DNA from: Cetorhinus maximus | Taxonomy: Eukaryota | Reading direction: 5' to 3' | NCBI RefSeq assembly: GCF_964194155.1 | Contig: NC_135890.1 | Span: 38,688,001-38,752,000, forward strand | Length of the DNA stretch: 64,000 bases | Shown: one piece after another, positions 12,789-26,150 of the stretch | Layout: the number at the start of each line of letters is the position of its first letter | Numbering within the stretch: the first letter of the stretch is position 1 | Translations under genes and position numbers: made by a program | The notes under the pieces: model-generated | Database searches by the model: none | What the model saw: only the letters and a program-made list of their open reading frames with translations | What the model was told of the DNA's origin: nothing

Positions 12789-14128
12789 GTTCAACACGGA
12801 GCTCTTTTCCTTCACTTTAACATGATGAATGTTGTTCCTGATAAAAAGAAAGCATAACACCTTTACAAAAAAATATTTTGCTCAGAATCTGAGAATCTTT
12901 AAGCCATCAGCACATGCTATTTAATCATACTTTATGAACAGGTAGCCAACTCCCACAGAAATTAATAAAAGTATAGATGAACCTGAAAGGATTGAAGATT
13001 CCAAGCCAATTCTGCGTCTTAAGACAAAGAGAAAATTATAATTTATCTTCTATTATAGGACATGACACCCACTATACCCATACCTTCACCAATGTACAAT
13101 TATATAATGTCAACTCCAAAGCAAACCATAAAGTTAGTTATTTTGCTATCACTGCACCACATTCTTATTACAAAGAAATTCTGAGAGCTAACAAACTCAA
13201 AAGTCACCCAACTGCTCTCACCGGGACCCAAATGAAAATTGTCATCCTTTTGCAAATAAAATAAAGGTCACAAGTATCACTATAATACCTATATATTTTC
13301 AGTTTCAAAGACAAATAATTAATTATTCAGTTATGTAAAGTACATTTGCTCAGGGCGAGATCAATAGCAGGCCATGTTACAAAACCACAAGTACATTCAA
13401 TAAAAAAACATTATGTGGCCTCCACCCTGAAATAGTAGCTACAGCTAACAAATTATTTTAGGTTTCAAAATAGTTTCATTATGTTCTGCACTGCAAGGTC
13501 CTAAAATAATTAACATAGCAAAACCTGGAACAAACACAAGTTTTCATTCAAATAATCCAACAATATACTGCTAGTCACTGCTAAAAGGGCTTTAATTTTG
13601 ATCTAAATTAGCAACTAAGTAATTAGCTATAATCTACAAAGGACCATAAGCATCTCTTTCCATTAGAGATAATTGGTTAAATAGCTTGAGGGGCATCACT
13701 CCACAAGCATGGGGTAAGGTGAGGAAACAGGCCTCCATGATCTACCACAACAGTGCATTCCTTTCAGTGGCTTTACAAATGATAAACAAAGTGCTGCATG
13801 TCTCACCACCCATTGTCCATTCCCGATGCATCACCACCACCTCACCCTGCTTTTCATCACTTCCATTTAAAATCCATTAATGCACTGATTATTTCAGGTA
13901 ATGTCAATCATCAGTTTGAACCTCATAGTGCCATTACCTCAGTGACATGTCCATTGGCAATTCTATCATGATTTATCTAGTTTAGATTAGGCAGCACCAC
14001 CACCCTCCCCTTCAGTGGCATCTGAAATTCCTGCAGTGGCCTAAACACTTATGCATGGCTTTACCTTTAGAAGTCCTTTGCACTACAGCAAAAGATGGGT
14101 ATCCATCCATGTGCATATATATCAAGTC

Positions 14129-15215
14129 AAGAACATAAGAAATAGGAACAGGAGTATACCATTCGGCCCTTCGAGCCTGCTCCACTATTCAATAAGATCA
14201 TGGCTGATCTTCTCGTGTTTTGATTTCCACATTCCCATCTAACCCCGATATCCTTTGATTCCCTTGCCTAACAAGAATCTATGTACATCTGCCTTAAAAA
14301 TATTCAATGATCCCGCCTCCACCACCTTCTGAGGCAGAGAATTCCAAAGTCACAACTTTCAGAGAAAAAGTTTCCCCTCATCTCTGTCCTAAAAGGGCGA
14401 CCCCTAATTTTAAATCAGTGCCCCCTAGTTCTGGGCTCACCCACAAGAGGAAACATCCCTTTGACGTCCGCCTTGTTAAGGCCATTCAGGATCTTGTATA
14501 CTTCAATCAAATCACCCCTCACTCTTCTAAACTCCAGTGAAAACAAGCCCATTTTGTTCAACCTTCCCTCATCAGACAACCCACTCATTCCAGGTATCAA
14601 TCAAATAAACCTCCTTTGAACCGCCTTCATTGCATTTACATCCTTCCTTAAATAGGGAGACCAAAACTGTATTCGAGGTACGGTCTCACCAATGACCTGT
14701 ATAACTGAAGCATAACATCCTTACTTTTATGTTCAATCCCTCTCGTAATAAAGGACAGCATTCCATTAGCCTTCTTAATTACTTGCTGTACCTGCATACT
14801 AACTTCTTGTGACTCATGTACTGGAACACCTAGATCTCTCTGCACCTCTGAATTATGCAGCCTTTCTCCATTCAAGTAATAATCTGCTTTTTTGTTCTTC
14901 CTTCCAAAGAAAAGGACTTCGCATTTTCCCACATTATACACCATTTGCCAGATCTTTGCCCATCACTCAACCTATCGACATCCATCTGCAACGTCATGTC
15001 CTCTTCACAACATACTTTCCTACCTATCTTTGTGTCATCTGCAAATTTAGCTACCATGTCTTCACTCTCCTCAGCCAAATCATTGATGTAAATCGTAAAA
15101 AGTTGAGGCCCCAATACAGTTGAGGCCCCTGCAAGACTCCACTCGTCACAGCCTGCCAATCAGAAAAAGACCCATTTATGCATACTCTGTTTTCTGCCAG
15201 CCATCCAATCCGCCA
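14129..15215 (-). mobile_element. CR1-clade LINE, 5'-truncated
   Basis: RT motifs LGPQLFTIYINDL, KFADDTKIG, NVGKCEV, VQRDLGV, LYRSLVRPYLEY; 3' tail TTCTTATGTTCTT. Confidence 0.92.
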
Positions 15216-15934
15216 GCAAGGGACTAAGACAAAACCAGCTATTCCGACGATCAATGCTTTTTTTAAAAAAAGTACCTTTTTAAAAAAGTTCTTAGTAACA
15301 CAAATCACATTGACATCAATTTGTCTGCTATAAGCGGTAGGACCGTGCCTACACATGTTGATATTTCACATCGTTCCTCCACCCCAGGCTCATAACGAAA
15401 GCAGAATTAATACAATTATGATTCCATTGACCATTCACTGGGTGCTTCATCCAAAAAGCCATTTTGTGCAATGTGTCTAGACTGTGAATGCCTGCAATTT
15501 ATTCAGCAGTGAGGAGCTCTGCAACCAAGTCCAGTGTTGTCTTATGCTTATATTCATTGGGCATGGAAACTCTTGACCAATCCTCCCTTCTTTACATCAA
15601 AGGACCTAGGGCAATTCTAGCACAATTCCCAGATTGCAACTGAAATCAGTTGATGCAGCACAGATCCCAGGAATTAAATGTGGAACCATATTATAATTCA
15701 ATAAGAACAATTTCTATTTATAGAACACTCCTAACATAGCAAAATATCCCAAGGAGCCTTCCAGAAGTATGAGGCAAAAACAGATTCTGAGCCAAAGGAG
15801 GAGCTATTAGAACGGTGACTAAAGTTATGACAAGGAGGTGCATTTTATAGAGAGAGTCTTAAAAGAGGGTCAGTGTGTTTATCAACTGAGGTGAAAGACA
15901 AAGGTAGAGACGCATTTATAGAGTATTGACTAGT

Positions 15935-16310
15935 CCAAGAAACATCTCAAGACGCTTCGCACAATGACTTTTTGAAATGTGCTCACTGATTATGTCAGTA
16001 AATGCAGCAACCAAATTATGCAAAAGATTCCAAAAACAGCAATGAAATGAAGGCCCAGTTATTTTTTTTGATAGTGTGGTGGTTGAGGCAAAGGTGTTGC
16101 TTGGCGCTCTTCTTGTAAAAGTGTCCTGCAATCTGTAATGTTCACCTGAACAGACAAACAGGGTCTTTATTTAGTATCTCATCTGTAGAGGCTGTCTCTG
16201 ACAACACAGAACTGCCCTTAGTACTGCAGTGGAGAATCTACCCAGGTTGTGTGTTCAAGTCTAGAATAAAGCTTAAACAAAGAACTTTGACTCAGTGCAA
16301 CCGACTGCAC
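15935..16310 (-). mobile_element. DeuSINE-like element, degraded
   Basis: Similar to 11400-11850 (CAGCAACCAAATT...AAACAGCAATG...CACCTGAACAGAC). Confidence 0.6.
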
Positions 16311-16825
16311 CAAACTGGAATAGCTTCATTTAACAATTCAAGGCCCAAACTACTTCAGACTTATTAATGATGCAATGCCTTAAAAAAACTACAAAATTAG
16401 AATTTTAAAAGTATTAATGTTTGGATCCAGCTATTAAAAATTGGCTTTTTTCTCCTCTCATGTGTACAATTTATTATTGATCTTCCTTTTTAATCCTTTG
16501 GACCCCATTTATTTTTGGGCAGGAGGAGCAATAAATAATATACAACAATTTATTAAAATATGTTCCTCACTCTGTGGCAAAGGTGACTAAGAATAGGAGG
16601 TTGTGTGTTAACAGAGGGCAGTTATGCAAATATAATTGCTACATATAATTATTGTTGTGAAGGGTATTAAGCTAATTATTCAAAGTATGCCAAGATAGAT
16701 ACAAAATAGCTCAATTGTAAAGTTGGAATTGTTTAAGGACTTTATTTGAACAAAGTCGCTTCTCTTTTGTTGCAAAAGCGACAAAGCAACTTTTAGAAGG
16801 TGCCAAAAAATAGACAATCGTCCCA

Positions 16826-18604
16826 GAGGCCCGAACAATCCCCATCCACCACTACTCTCCTCCGTCTGGCTGAACTTGTTCTCACACTGAACAATTTCTC
16901 CTTAAACTCCTCTCACTTCCTCCAAATAAAAGGTGTGGCTATGGGTACCCGCATGGGCCCCAGCTATGCCTGTCTCTTTATGGGGTATGTGGAACATTCC
17001 TTGTTCCAGCCCTACTCCAGCCCCCTCCCACAACTCGTTCTCCGGTACATCGATGATTACTTCGGTGCTGCTTCATGCTTTCGTCTGGACCTGGAAAATT
17101 TTATTAATTTTACTTCCAATTTCCACCCCTCCATTATTTTCACATGGTCTATCTCTGACATTTCCCTTCCCTTCCTTGACACCTCTGTCTCAATTTCTAG
17201 TGATAGACTGTCCACCAATGTCCGTTACAAGCCTACCGACTCCCACAGCTACCTCAACGACAGCTCCTCACACCCCGCTTCCTGTAAGGATTCCATCCCA
17301 TTCTCTCAGTTCCTTTGCCTCCTTTGCATCTGTTCTGATGATGCCACTTTCAAAAACAGTTCCTCTGACATGTCCTCCTTCTTCCTTAACCGAGGCTTTC
17401 CACCCACGGTGGTTGACAGGGCCCTCAACCGTGTCCGGCCCATCTCCCGCGCATCCGCCCTCACACCTTCATCTCCCTCCCAGAAACATGATAGGATCCC
17501 CTTTGTCCTCACTTATCACCCCACCAGCCTCCGAATTCAAAGGGTCATCCTCCGCCATTTCTGCCAACTCCAGCATGATGACACCACCAAACACATTTTC
17601 CCTTCACCCCCCCCCCGGCGGCATTCCGTAGGAATCGTTCCCTCCATGACACCCTGGTCCACTCCTCCATCACCCCCTACACCTCAACCCCCTCCCACGG
17701 CACTTTCCCATGCAACCACAGAAGATGCAACACCTGCCCCTTTACTTCCCCTCTCCTCACCGTCCAAGGGCCCAAACACTCATTTCAAGTGAAGCAGCAT
17801 TTCACCTGTACTTCCCTCAACTTAGTTTACTGCATTTGTTGCTCCCAATGCGGTTTCCTCTACACTGGATAGAGGCAGACTGGGTGACCGCTTTGCAGAA
17901 CACCTTCGTTCTGTCCGCAAGCATTACCCAGACCTCCCTGTTGCTTGCCATTTCAACACTCCACCCTGCTCTCATGCCCATATGTCCGTCCTTGGCTTGC
18001 TGCATTGTTCCAGTGAAGCTCAACGCAAACTGGAGGAACAGCACCTCATCTTCCGACTCGGCACTTTACAGCCTTCCGGACTGAATATTGAGTTCAACAA
18101 TTTTAGATCATGAACTCGCTCCTCCATCCCCACCCCCTTTCTGATTTTTCCCCCTCCTTTTTGTTTTTTCCAATAATTTATATAGCTTTTTCTTTTCCCA
18201 CCTATTTCCATTATTTTTAAATGTATTTCCATCCATTTTTTATCTCTACCTTTTAGCCTTTTTCGATTCCTTCACCCCACCCCATCCCCACTAGGGCTAT
18301 CTGTACCTTGCTTGTCCTGCTTTCTACCCTTAATTAGCACATTCCTTTAGATAATATCACCACCTTCAACACCTCTTTGTCCTTTTGTCTGTGACATCTT
18401 TTGGCTATCTCCACCTATCACTGGTCCTCTATCCAGCTCTCTTGTCCCAACCCACCCCCCCACTTAAACCAGCTTATATTTCACCCCTTTTCTATTTTTC
18501 CTTAGTTCTGTTGAAGAGTCATGCGGACTCGAAACGTTAACTGTGCTCCCTTCCACAGATGCTGCCAGACCTGCTGAGTTTTTCCAGGTATTTTTGTTTT
18601 TGTT
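16826..18604 (+). mobile_element. Penelope-like retroelement (5'-truncated RT + GIY-YIG endonuclease + pLTR)
   Basis: RT motifs QIKGVAMGTRMGPSYACLFMG and RYIDD; GIY-YIG region LVYCICCSQCG...RFAEHLRSV...KLEEQHLIFRLGTLQPSGLN; perfect 13-bp TSD GACAATCGTCCCA at 16813-16825 and 18605-18617. Confidence 0.93.
18504..18542 (+). ncRNA. Minimal type-I hammerhead ribozyme motif in the Penelope pLTR
   Basis: AGTT-CTGTTGA-A-GAGTC(ATGCG)GACTC-GAAA-CG-TT-AACT: helix I AGUU/AACU, 5-bp helix II, palindromic ACGU helix III; the core has U at position 6. Confidence 0.6.
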
Positions 18605-20324
18605 GACAATCGTCCCACCTTGGATACCTTAAAAAAAACTGGATGCCAGTTTGGACAGTGCTTCCCATTGACTGTGCAACAGCTCCTCAAGAACTAGTGC
18701 TTTATGCCTCAATTCAATTATGCTTGCTTCTAAATCTCTTTAAATCACACTTTTTTTCCTCATTTATTCTGCTAATCGAATACAAATCATATTTAAACAT
18801 AATTCCTTAGATTGCATCGACTTGCATTTCTGTTTGCACAAATACAGTCAATTAAAACTTGAAATTTATAACATTTCAGACCCATATTTATGAAAGGACT
18901 AAACAATGATAAAAAAAATTCAATCTGCCATAAAACCATTTCTCAAGAAATAAAAGCAACATTCAAAAGACAACCAACTAGCCAGTCTTGGAAGATGCTA
19001 CAGCAGCAGCTGTCAGCTGGTGCATGCCACTGCATGATACAAAGATTATCACAAATCAACACATTTCCTGTGTTCCTTCCACTTGGAGATTTGTCCCAAA
19101 AGTTTTATTATAAGAGCAAGACAAGAACGTTGGGGGTGAGAAATCACACACAAAACAAGGAGACAAATGCACAACAATTGATATGTTGTTTGCATGAATT
19201 AATTAATGAAAATTCTATACTTTCTCATGTTCCATGGGGCTTTGAAGCTTAAATATGTGTAAAAAAGGATTTCTTTTATTTCTTGTGAATTGGTTTTATG
19301 GTGGGTTGAATTGTTTAATCATTGTTTAGTCCGGTCATAACTGTGGATCTGAGATGTTATAGATTTAATGTTTTAAAATAAGATATTTGTGCATACAGTA
19401 ATGCCAATATCATCTAAAGTAGTTTTTAGATTATTAATTGTATCATGTGGCTTTTCCAATATCGGTGAATAGTGAAAGGTTTGGAGATCAAGCTGCAGCA
19501 CTGCATGTGAGGAAATTAGTGTATGTGCAAGGGCAAAACATGGTTGCATTGGGTGCAAATATTTTTCTGCTGTCAAATTTTTAAAATTCAAATTTTGTTT
19601 TTACACACTATTCTAAGCACATTTATACTAAATGTTGTGTTTACAGCAGTATATTGTCCTTATACTGAGTGACTGGGAGACTTTTTTTTAAAAAAGCCAT
19701 GTTACCCCAAAAATTATCAAGTTAGAGGTGCAATACCCCAAAAGCTGACACCGAACCAAAAATGACATGAAGAATACATGTTAATCATCCTTCCTAAAAA
19801 AATAATAAGTTTAAAGTTTGGTTTTTAAACACAATGTCATTGCTTATTTTCCATAAATCTTGTCCTCAAAATGAATCATCTATATTCAGTATTCTGTTTT
19901 TACTTCAGATTTCCAGCATCCATAGTGTCTCGCTTTTGTATCATCTATATTCTCCTTAGTTTTAACCAGATCATTTTATTGTTCTTCCATTTTATGACCT
20001 TAAGAGCTTGTTTTCATTTTTATGAAGATAGATTTAGCTTAGTATGCCTTCAAATGATAAGACAAGTAAGTCATCCTTTCTATTTATACAGTAAAGTAAA
20101 ATACTAAAGCAGCCATAGTAAATAGTTCTGCCTATCTGAATAATATGGTACCTGGTAATGTAGGATGGGGAGAAAAAAAGAAAGCCAAAAGTACAAACAA
20201 TGAAAATCCACATAATCCTTTCCCCCTATGACACACTCTGACCAAGCTCCAAAACGGAATTGAGTGAAGGCGGGGAATCCTGCTTCAATCCATATTTTTC
20301 AATTAAAAATGGGCAGTAATTTTA

Positions 20325-20820
20325 AAAATTCTTTCATGGGCAGCATTTGTTGCACATTCCCAATTGCTTTTGAGAAGGTGGTGGTGAGCTGCCTTCTTGA
20401 ACCGCTGCAGTCCATGTGGTGTAGGTACACCCACAGTGCTGTTGGGGAGGGAGTTCAAGGATTTTGATCCAGAGACAGTGAAGGAACAGGATACAGTTAC
20501 AAGTCAGGATGGTGTGGGGCTTGGAAGGAGCTTGCAGATGGCAGTGTTCCCATGCATCTGCTGCCCTTGTCCTTCAAGGTGGTAAAGGTCACGGGTTTGG
20601 AAGGTGCTATCAAAGGAGCCTTGGTGAGTTGCTGTGCGTCGGTAAACGTTTAGTTCGGTTGTTAGGATGCTGAACAAGTGGACTGCTTTGTCCTGAACGA
20701 TGTCGAGCTTCTTGAGTGTTGTTGGAGCCGCACTCATCCAGACTTGCGCCTTTTAGATGGTGATCAAGCTTTGGGGGGTCAGGAGGTGAGTCACTCATCT
20801 CAGAATTCCCAGCCTCCGGG
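20325..20820 (-). mobile_element. Family-B LINE 3' fragment
   Basis: MSAAPTTLKKLDIVQDKAVHL, homologous to 27854-28045. Confidence 0.85.
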
Positions 20821-21233
20821 AAAATTAATTTTAAAATGTTAGTTCATTTTTAAAAAGCCACTTTACATGCAACATTTAGACTTATTTTTCAATTTGAAAA
20901 CGTACATTGTGAAGTCCTGCCCAGTTTTATAACACAGTACTTGAGAATGCAATGACCACATTAATATTGTTGATACAGTAAAGCAGGCAATGGAACTCAC
21001 ACTTTGGACACTGGCATTCTTTGTTTGTGTATTAAGTTCAGCTGAGCCAAAGATTTCAAATGCAATGCCTGCACGGAGGAGTTTCATGTGATCAGGGCAT
21101 TGACCTCTAGACTTTTTGTAGTTAATTCCTACTTTAAATAAAAAGATACACATGCATATTTCAAAGAAATTAAATGATATATTTAGTCATTTAGATAATT
21201 GAATGGAAAGATCTAGAAAGGTGGCTTATTCGG

Positions 21234-21236
<3 letters not shown>

Positions 21237-21270
<34 letters not shown>
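21237..21270. repeat. (GA)n microsatellite
   Basis: Direct read. Confidence 0.95.
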
Positions 21271-21274
<4 letters not shown>

Positions 21275-22219
21275 AATGGTTCTTTTCGCTTGTCAATCAG
21301 CTACATTCGGGAATCCCAATCATCGGTTACAGTCCAACTACAGAACCTGTAGAGTGCAAGACCAAAGCTACAGTTACGCTGACACACTCACATTGGAAAG
21401 TTGTTTCACGCGTACACTGATGCAAAACGAGCACAAGTTTGGTCCTGGCTGGATTCTGAAATTAAGCCGATGTGAAACCCTCAAGGGAGGTCTCCTCACG
21501 ATGCTTACATTTGACAGCTGCACAGTATAACTGCAGTAAGATATGAAGTCAGAATTAAAAAGTACTCCACTGGCCTGCTAGATCTCTTGGGCACTCTAAA
21601 ATTTGCCACCGGGTTTGTAGAACATTACAAGAAAAGAGACATTCGCGAACAGGTCCTTAAAATTACTGGTAAGTAAAGACTTTCACACGTACATATTAAA
21701 GCAAATATGGAACTCTTTCCTGACAGGCAGAGTAGAATTTGAAAATTACACGTCATACAGGCATTGCCAGCTACACTTCACAGTTTATGTGCCTGTATAA
21801 CTGCAAGATGATACAGACATTTACCAAGACTAATTTAGAACAGCATGGAAACCAAATAAGTCAGTTGCTGGCCTACAACTAATGACTGGAATTCCTGAAT
21901 GTAGCTGATACACAAATTAAATGATCTAAACATTCTTCTTTACTCCCCTCGCCTTATCCTCAACAACTAAATTTCCAGCTCTTTTATCCAATCAGTCCTC
22001 AAAAGACATTGTGCAATTCCTTCTAAATTTACACTTGTATGTTTTCATTTAAAAATGCAAATAGTACTTGAAAAATCAATTGTCTGTTTCTCTCCTTTCC
22101 CAATAAAGATTCTGGATGTAAACAGCTTTCAGCAGGATTTGATCGCATGTATATTAAATGTAATCACAAAATTTAATTCATCATGATTCATCTGTAACAG
22201 GCTCTATTGAATTGCTAAA

Positions 22220-22740
22220 AAAAACCGAAAATGCTGGACATACTCATTTGTGGAAAGAGAAACAGAGTTAATGTTTCAGGATGATGACCTTTCATCAGAA
22301 CTGGGAAAAGTTAATGTATGAGGATTTGAGAAAGGGGTGGGTGGAATAAGGACAGACAGGTCTGTGATAGGGTGGAAGGCAGGGAAGGTTGAATGACAGA
22401 AGAGTTAGTACAAGGCCAAAGCGAGTGGTGATCAGGCAAGAAAAGAAAAAGATTTGCCTAGAGTAGGAGTACTACTGTATGAAAGTGAAAATAAGAGAAA
22501 TACAGAAACATGCAAAGGGAACAAAATGGGGGTTGGGGGGGGGGGGGTGCGGGGGGCAGTCTGGGGAGTGGTGTGGGACAGAGTTTACAGTCTGAAATTG
22601 TTGATATCAACATTGAGTCCAGAAGGTTGTGAAGTGCCTAATCAAAAGATGATTTTGTTTTTGCATTTGTTTTTATTTCAGCATTTTGTTTTTATTTCAG
22701 ATTTCCAGCGCCGCAGTATTCTGCTTTTCATCTCCTGGAT
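22220..22740 (-). mobile_element. Penelope 3'/pLTR fragment with hammerhead motif at 22266-22302
   Basis: The minus strand reads AGTT-CTGATGA-A-AGG..CCT-GAAACATTAACT, with the C-terminal coding relic GTSQPSGLNVDINNFRL upstream on the same strand. Confidence 0.75.
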
Positions 22741-24476
22741 TATTGCCTACCAGTAAAAATTGAAAACTGGTCAGGGGAAATCTGACTGAGATACATGGGT
22801 GTGAAAGGTGCTGAATGCAAGTTCTCTCTTTTTCATAAATATATTCAGAAGTATAAATCTACAAGCTTGGGTCAAATCTTGAAGAGCCCAGAGATTTGAA
22901 TTATGCAATCCTTCACTAAAATATACCGCTATGCTGTATCTAAGACAATGCCAATTATGCATTAAATTTCCAATGAAAACCAAAAAATTTGAACATATTA
23001 CTTTAAAAACTTGATCTTGTTTAATGATGCAGAAAATAAATATCAAGTTGCCACTGAATTGAGAAGTTATCCAATAGGCATACTTAACTAATATACAGAA
23101 ATGATTGATTTCCCCAGTGGTATAACTTTCTTTTTAAAAGCATACTTTGTTGAAAGGAAATTTATTTTTAAATTAGGATTATATTGCAGCTACATGGGCG
23201 ATTTGCAGCAGAGAGTAGAAGAATTATAGTGATATGGGATTGCTGTTAGCATTGTAGCAAAAGGACGGGTTGCTTTGTGGGATGTGCTGAGTGAGGCTAC
23301 AATGGTTTATAGGCACCAAGCATTCATATACCTGTTAATACAAAAGCAAAATACTGCGGGTGCTGGAAACCATATACTGTTAAATTTGTTTCATGTTCTA
23401 TACCCATCAACAAAATTACAATAATGGCAACAAAACTTATGCAACATAACATGAGGGAAGGGAGAGACAGGATGGAGATTTACAGTTTTGTAAATTGAAA
23501 AATTTGTGAAGCACCCTTCAAATTATTGAGAGCATCCAGCATTGCAACCTGTGTACCTGATAAAATATCATTTTTTTTAAAACTATGCAGATTCTTCTAA
23601 GCTTGCTTTTGATTATTTTCACACTTCTCATGGTGTGAATGCTGCTGTACCATGCTAAATGAAAACCTTAGGTCATGCGCTTTTCATACAAGGTACAGAC
23701 CAGAACAGATAATTCACAGCACCTCAGATAACATCTGAAAATAAAAGAAAAATCAGTGCTTCTGGTGATGGGCTCCAACAGAAACATTAAACTATTTTTC
23801 AATTTCAGACTTTTGACCCAAAATTTCCTTTCGGATTTCCAGCATTGATGACATTTTCTAAAATCTAACTTAAATACATGCAACTGTTTTACAAATCACT
23901 TTGTTCTAGTAGTGCACAGGTAAATTAAATCTATAGGCGACACCATTTTGATTTTTTTTTAATTCATACATGGGAAGTGGGTGTTGCTAGCAGAGCTAGC
24001 ATATACTGCACATTCCTAGCTGCAATTGAGAAGATAGTGGTGAGCCATCTTATTGAACGTCTGCAGTCCATGTAGTTCAGGTGCACCCACTGTGCTGTTC
24101 AGGATGGAATTCCAGAATTTTGACCCAGCGATAATGAAGAAATTACAATGTACTTCCAAGTCAGGGTGATGTGTGACTTGGAGGGGAACCTGGGATCAAT
24201 TGTGTCCCACACAGCTGCTGCCTTTGTCATTCTAGACAGTAAAGATCACGGATTTGGGAGGTGCTTTCGAAGAAGCCGTGGCATGTTGCTACAGTGTATT
24301 TTGTGGATGATACACACTGCAGTCATGGTGTGCAGGCAATGGAGAAAATGAATGTCTAAGGTGACAGACAGATCAGATACCAATCAAGCAGGCTGCTCTG
24401 CCTTGGATAGTTTTCAGTTTTTTTTTTAAGTTGTTAGCACTGCACTCATCCAGGCAAATGGAGTGTATTCCATTAT

Positions 24477-26044
24477 TTTTTTTATTTTTTTTTTGTAAAA
24501 ATATACTTTATTCATAAAATATCTTCAATCACATTCCAAACCATTTCAATAACAACATTACAAGGGTACAATCCAGGTTAAACTTTTACAAAATGTATCA
24601 CCAGGTGCATCAGTACAAACAATATTACAATCATTTACAGCCTTTCATTTTGATCTGTACAGCCCGAGGGGCTCTAAACAGTTCCCAGTCTCTCGGTGCG
24701 CTGTGGTAGAAAGGTCTTAGACAGCGACCCTTCCCCATTGCGCCTTTGCGGCAGCTGCCCCAAGCTTTAGTGCGTCCCTCAGCACGTAGTCCTGGACTTT
24801 GGATTGTGCCAGTCCGCAACAATCGGTCGGGGACAACTCTTTGTGCTGGAAGACCAACAAGTTTCGGGCAGACCAAAGCGCCTCTTTCACCGAGTTGATG
24901 ATCCTCCAGCTGCAGTTGATGTTTGTCTCGGTGTGTGTCCCTGGGAACAGCCCGTAGAGCACAGAGTCCTGTGTCACAGAACTGCTCGGGATGAACCTCG
25001 ACAGCAACCACTGCATCTCTCTCCAGACTTTCTTTGCAAAGGCACAATCCACAAGGAGGTGAACAACGGTCTCTTCCCCACCACAGCCACCTCGAGGGCA
25101 ACGTGCAGAGGGGGTGAGCCTCCTGGCGTGTAGGAAGGATCTGACGGGGAGGGCCTTTCTCACCACCAGCCAAGCTACGTCTTGGTGCTTGTTGGAAAGT
25201 TCTGGCGATGAGGCATTCTGCCAAATGACTTTGACAGTCTGCTCGGGGAACCATCCCACACGGTCCACCCTCTCCTTATCCCTCAGGGCCTCTAGGACGT
25301 TACGTGCTGACCACTGCCTGATGGACTTGTGGTCAAAGGTGTTTTTCTGCATAAATTTTTCCACCAGGGACAGGTGGTACGGCACGGTCCAACTACTTGG
25401 AGCGTTCCGCGGCAGCGTGGCCAGACCCATCCTTCGCAACACCGGGGACAGGTAGAACCTCAGCACGTAGTGACACTTGGTGTTTGCGTACTGAGGGTCT
25501 ACGCACCGCTTGATGCAGCCACACACAAAGGTGGCCATCAGTATGAGGGCGATGTTGGGCACGTTTTTTCCCCCTTTATCTAGAGGCTTGTACATCGCGT
25601 CCCTGCGGACACGATCCATTTTCGACCTCCAGATAAAGCGGAAGATGGCTCGAGTGATCGCCATCGCGCAGGAGTCTGGAATGGGCCAGACCTGCGCCAC
25701 GTACAGCAACAGCGAGAGTACCTCACACCTGATGACCAGGTTCTTACCCGCAATGGAGAGGGAGCATCGCTCCCACATGCCCAGTTTCCTTTTCACCATA
25801 GCCACTCGCTCCTTCCAGTTTCTAACGCATGCCCCGGTCCCTCCGAACCATATCCCCAGCACCTTCAGGCCGTCAGCCCTGACAGTGAAGGGGACAAAGG
25901 ATCGGTCAGCCCAGTTCCCAAAGAACATGGCCTCGCTCTTCCCACGATTTACCTTGGCTCCCGAGGCCAGTTCGAACTGGTCGCAGATGTGCATCAGTCT
26001 GCGCACCGACAGCGGATCCGAGCAGAAGACGGCGACGTCGTCCC
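24477..26044 (-). mobile_element. L1/Tx1-clade LINE, 5'-truncated, young
   Basis: Uninterrupted ~440-codon ORF2 C-terminus (DDVAVF...ASGAKVNRGKSEAM; zf-RVT CPRGGCGGEETVVHLLVDC), 3'UTR with AATAAA and poly(A), and a 13-bp TSD TGTATTCCATTAT at 24464-24476 and 26045-26057. Confidence 0.93.
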
Positions 26045-26150
26045 TGTATTCCATTATACTCCTGATTTGTGCTTTGTGGAAAGGCTTTGGGGGTCAGGAG
26101 CTGAGTCACTTGTTGGAGAATGCCCAGCCTGCTCTTATAAATATTTATGT

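Noticed and set aside
23665-23755. Possible cassette exon on the minus strand (ttttcttttattttcag acceptor at 23735)
   Set aside because: The donor is weak and there is no recognisable protein similarity.
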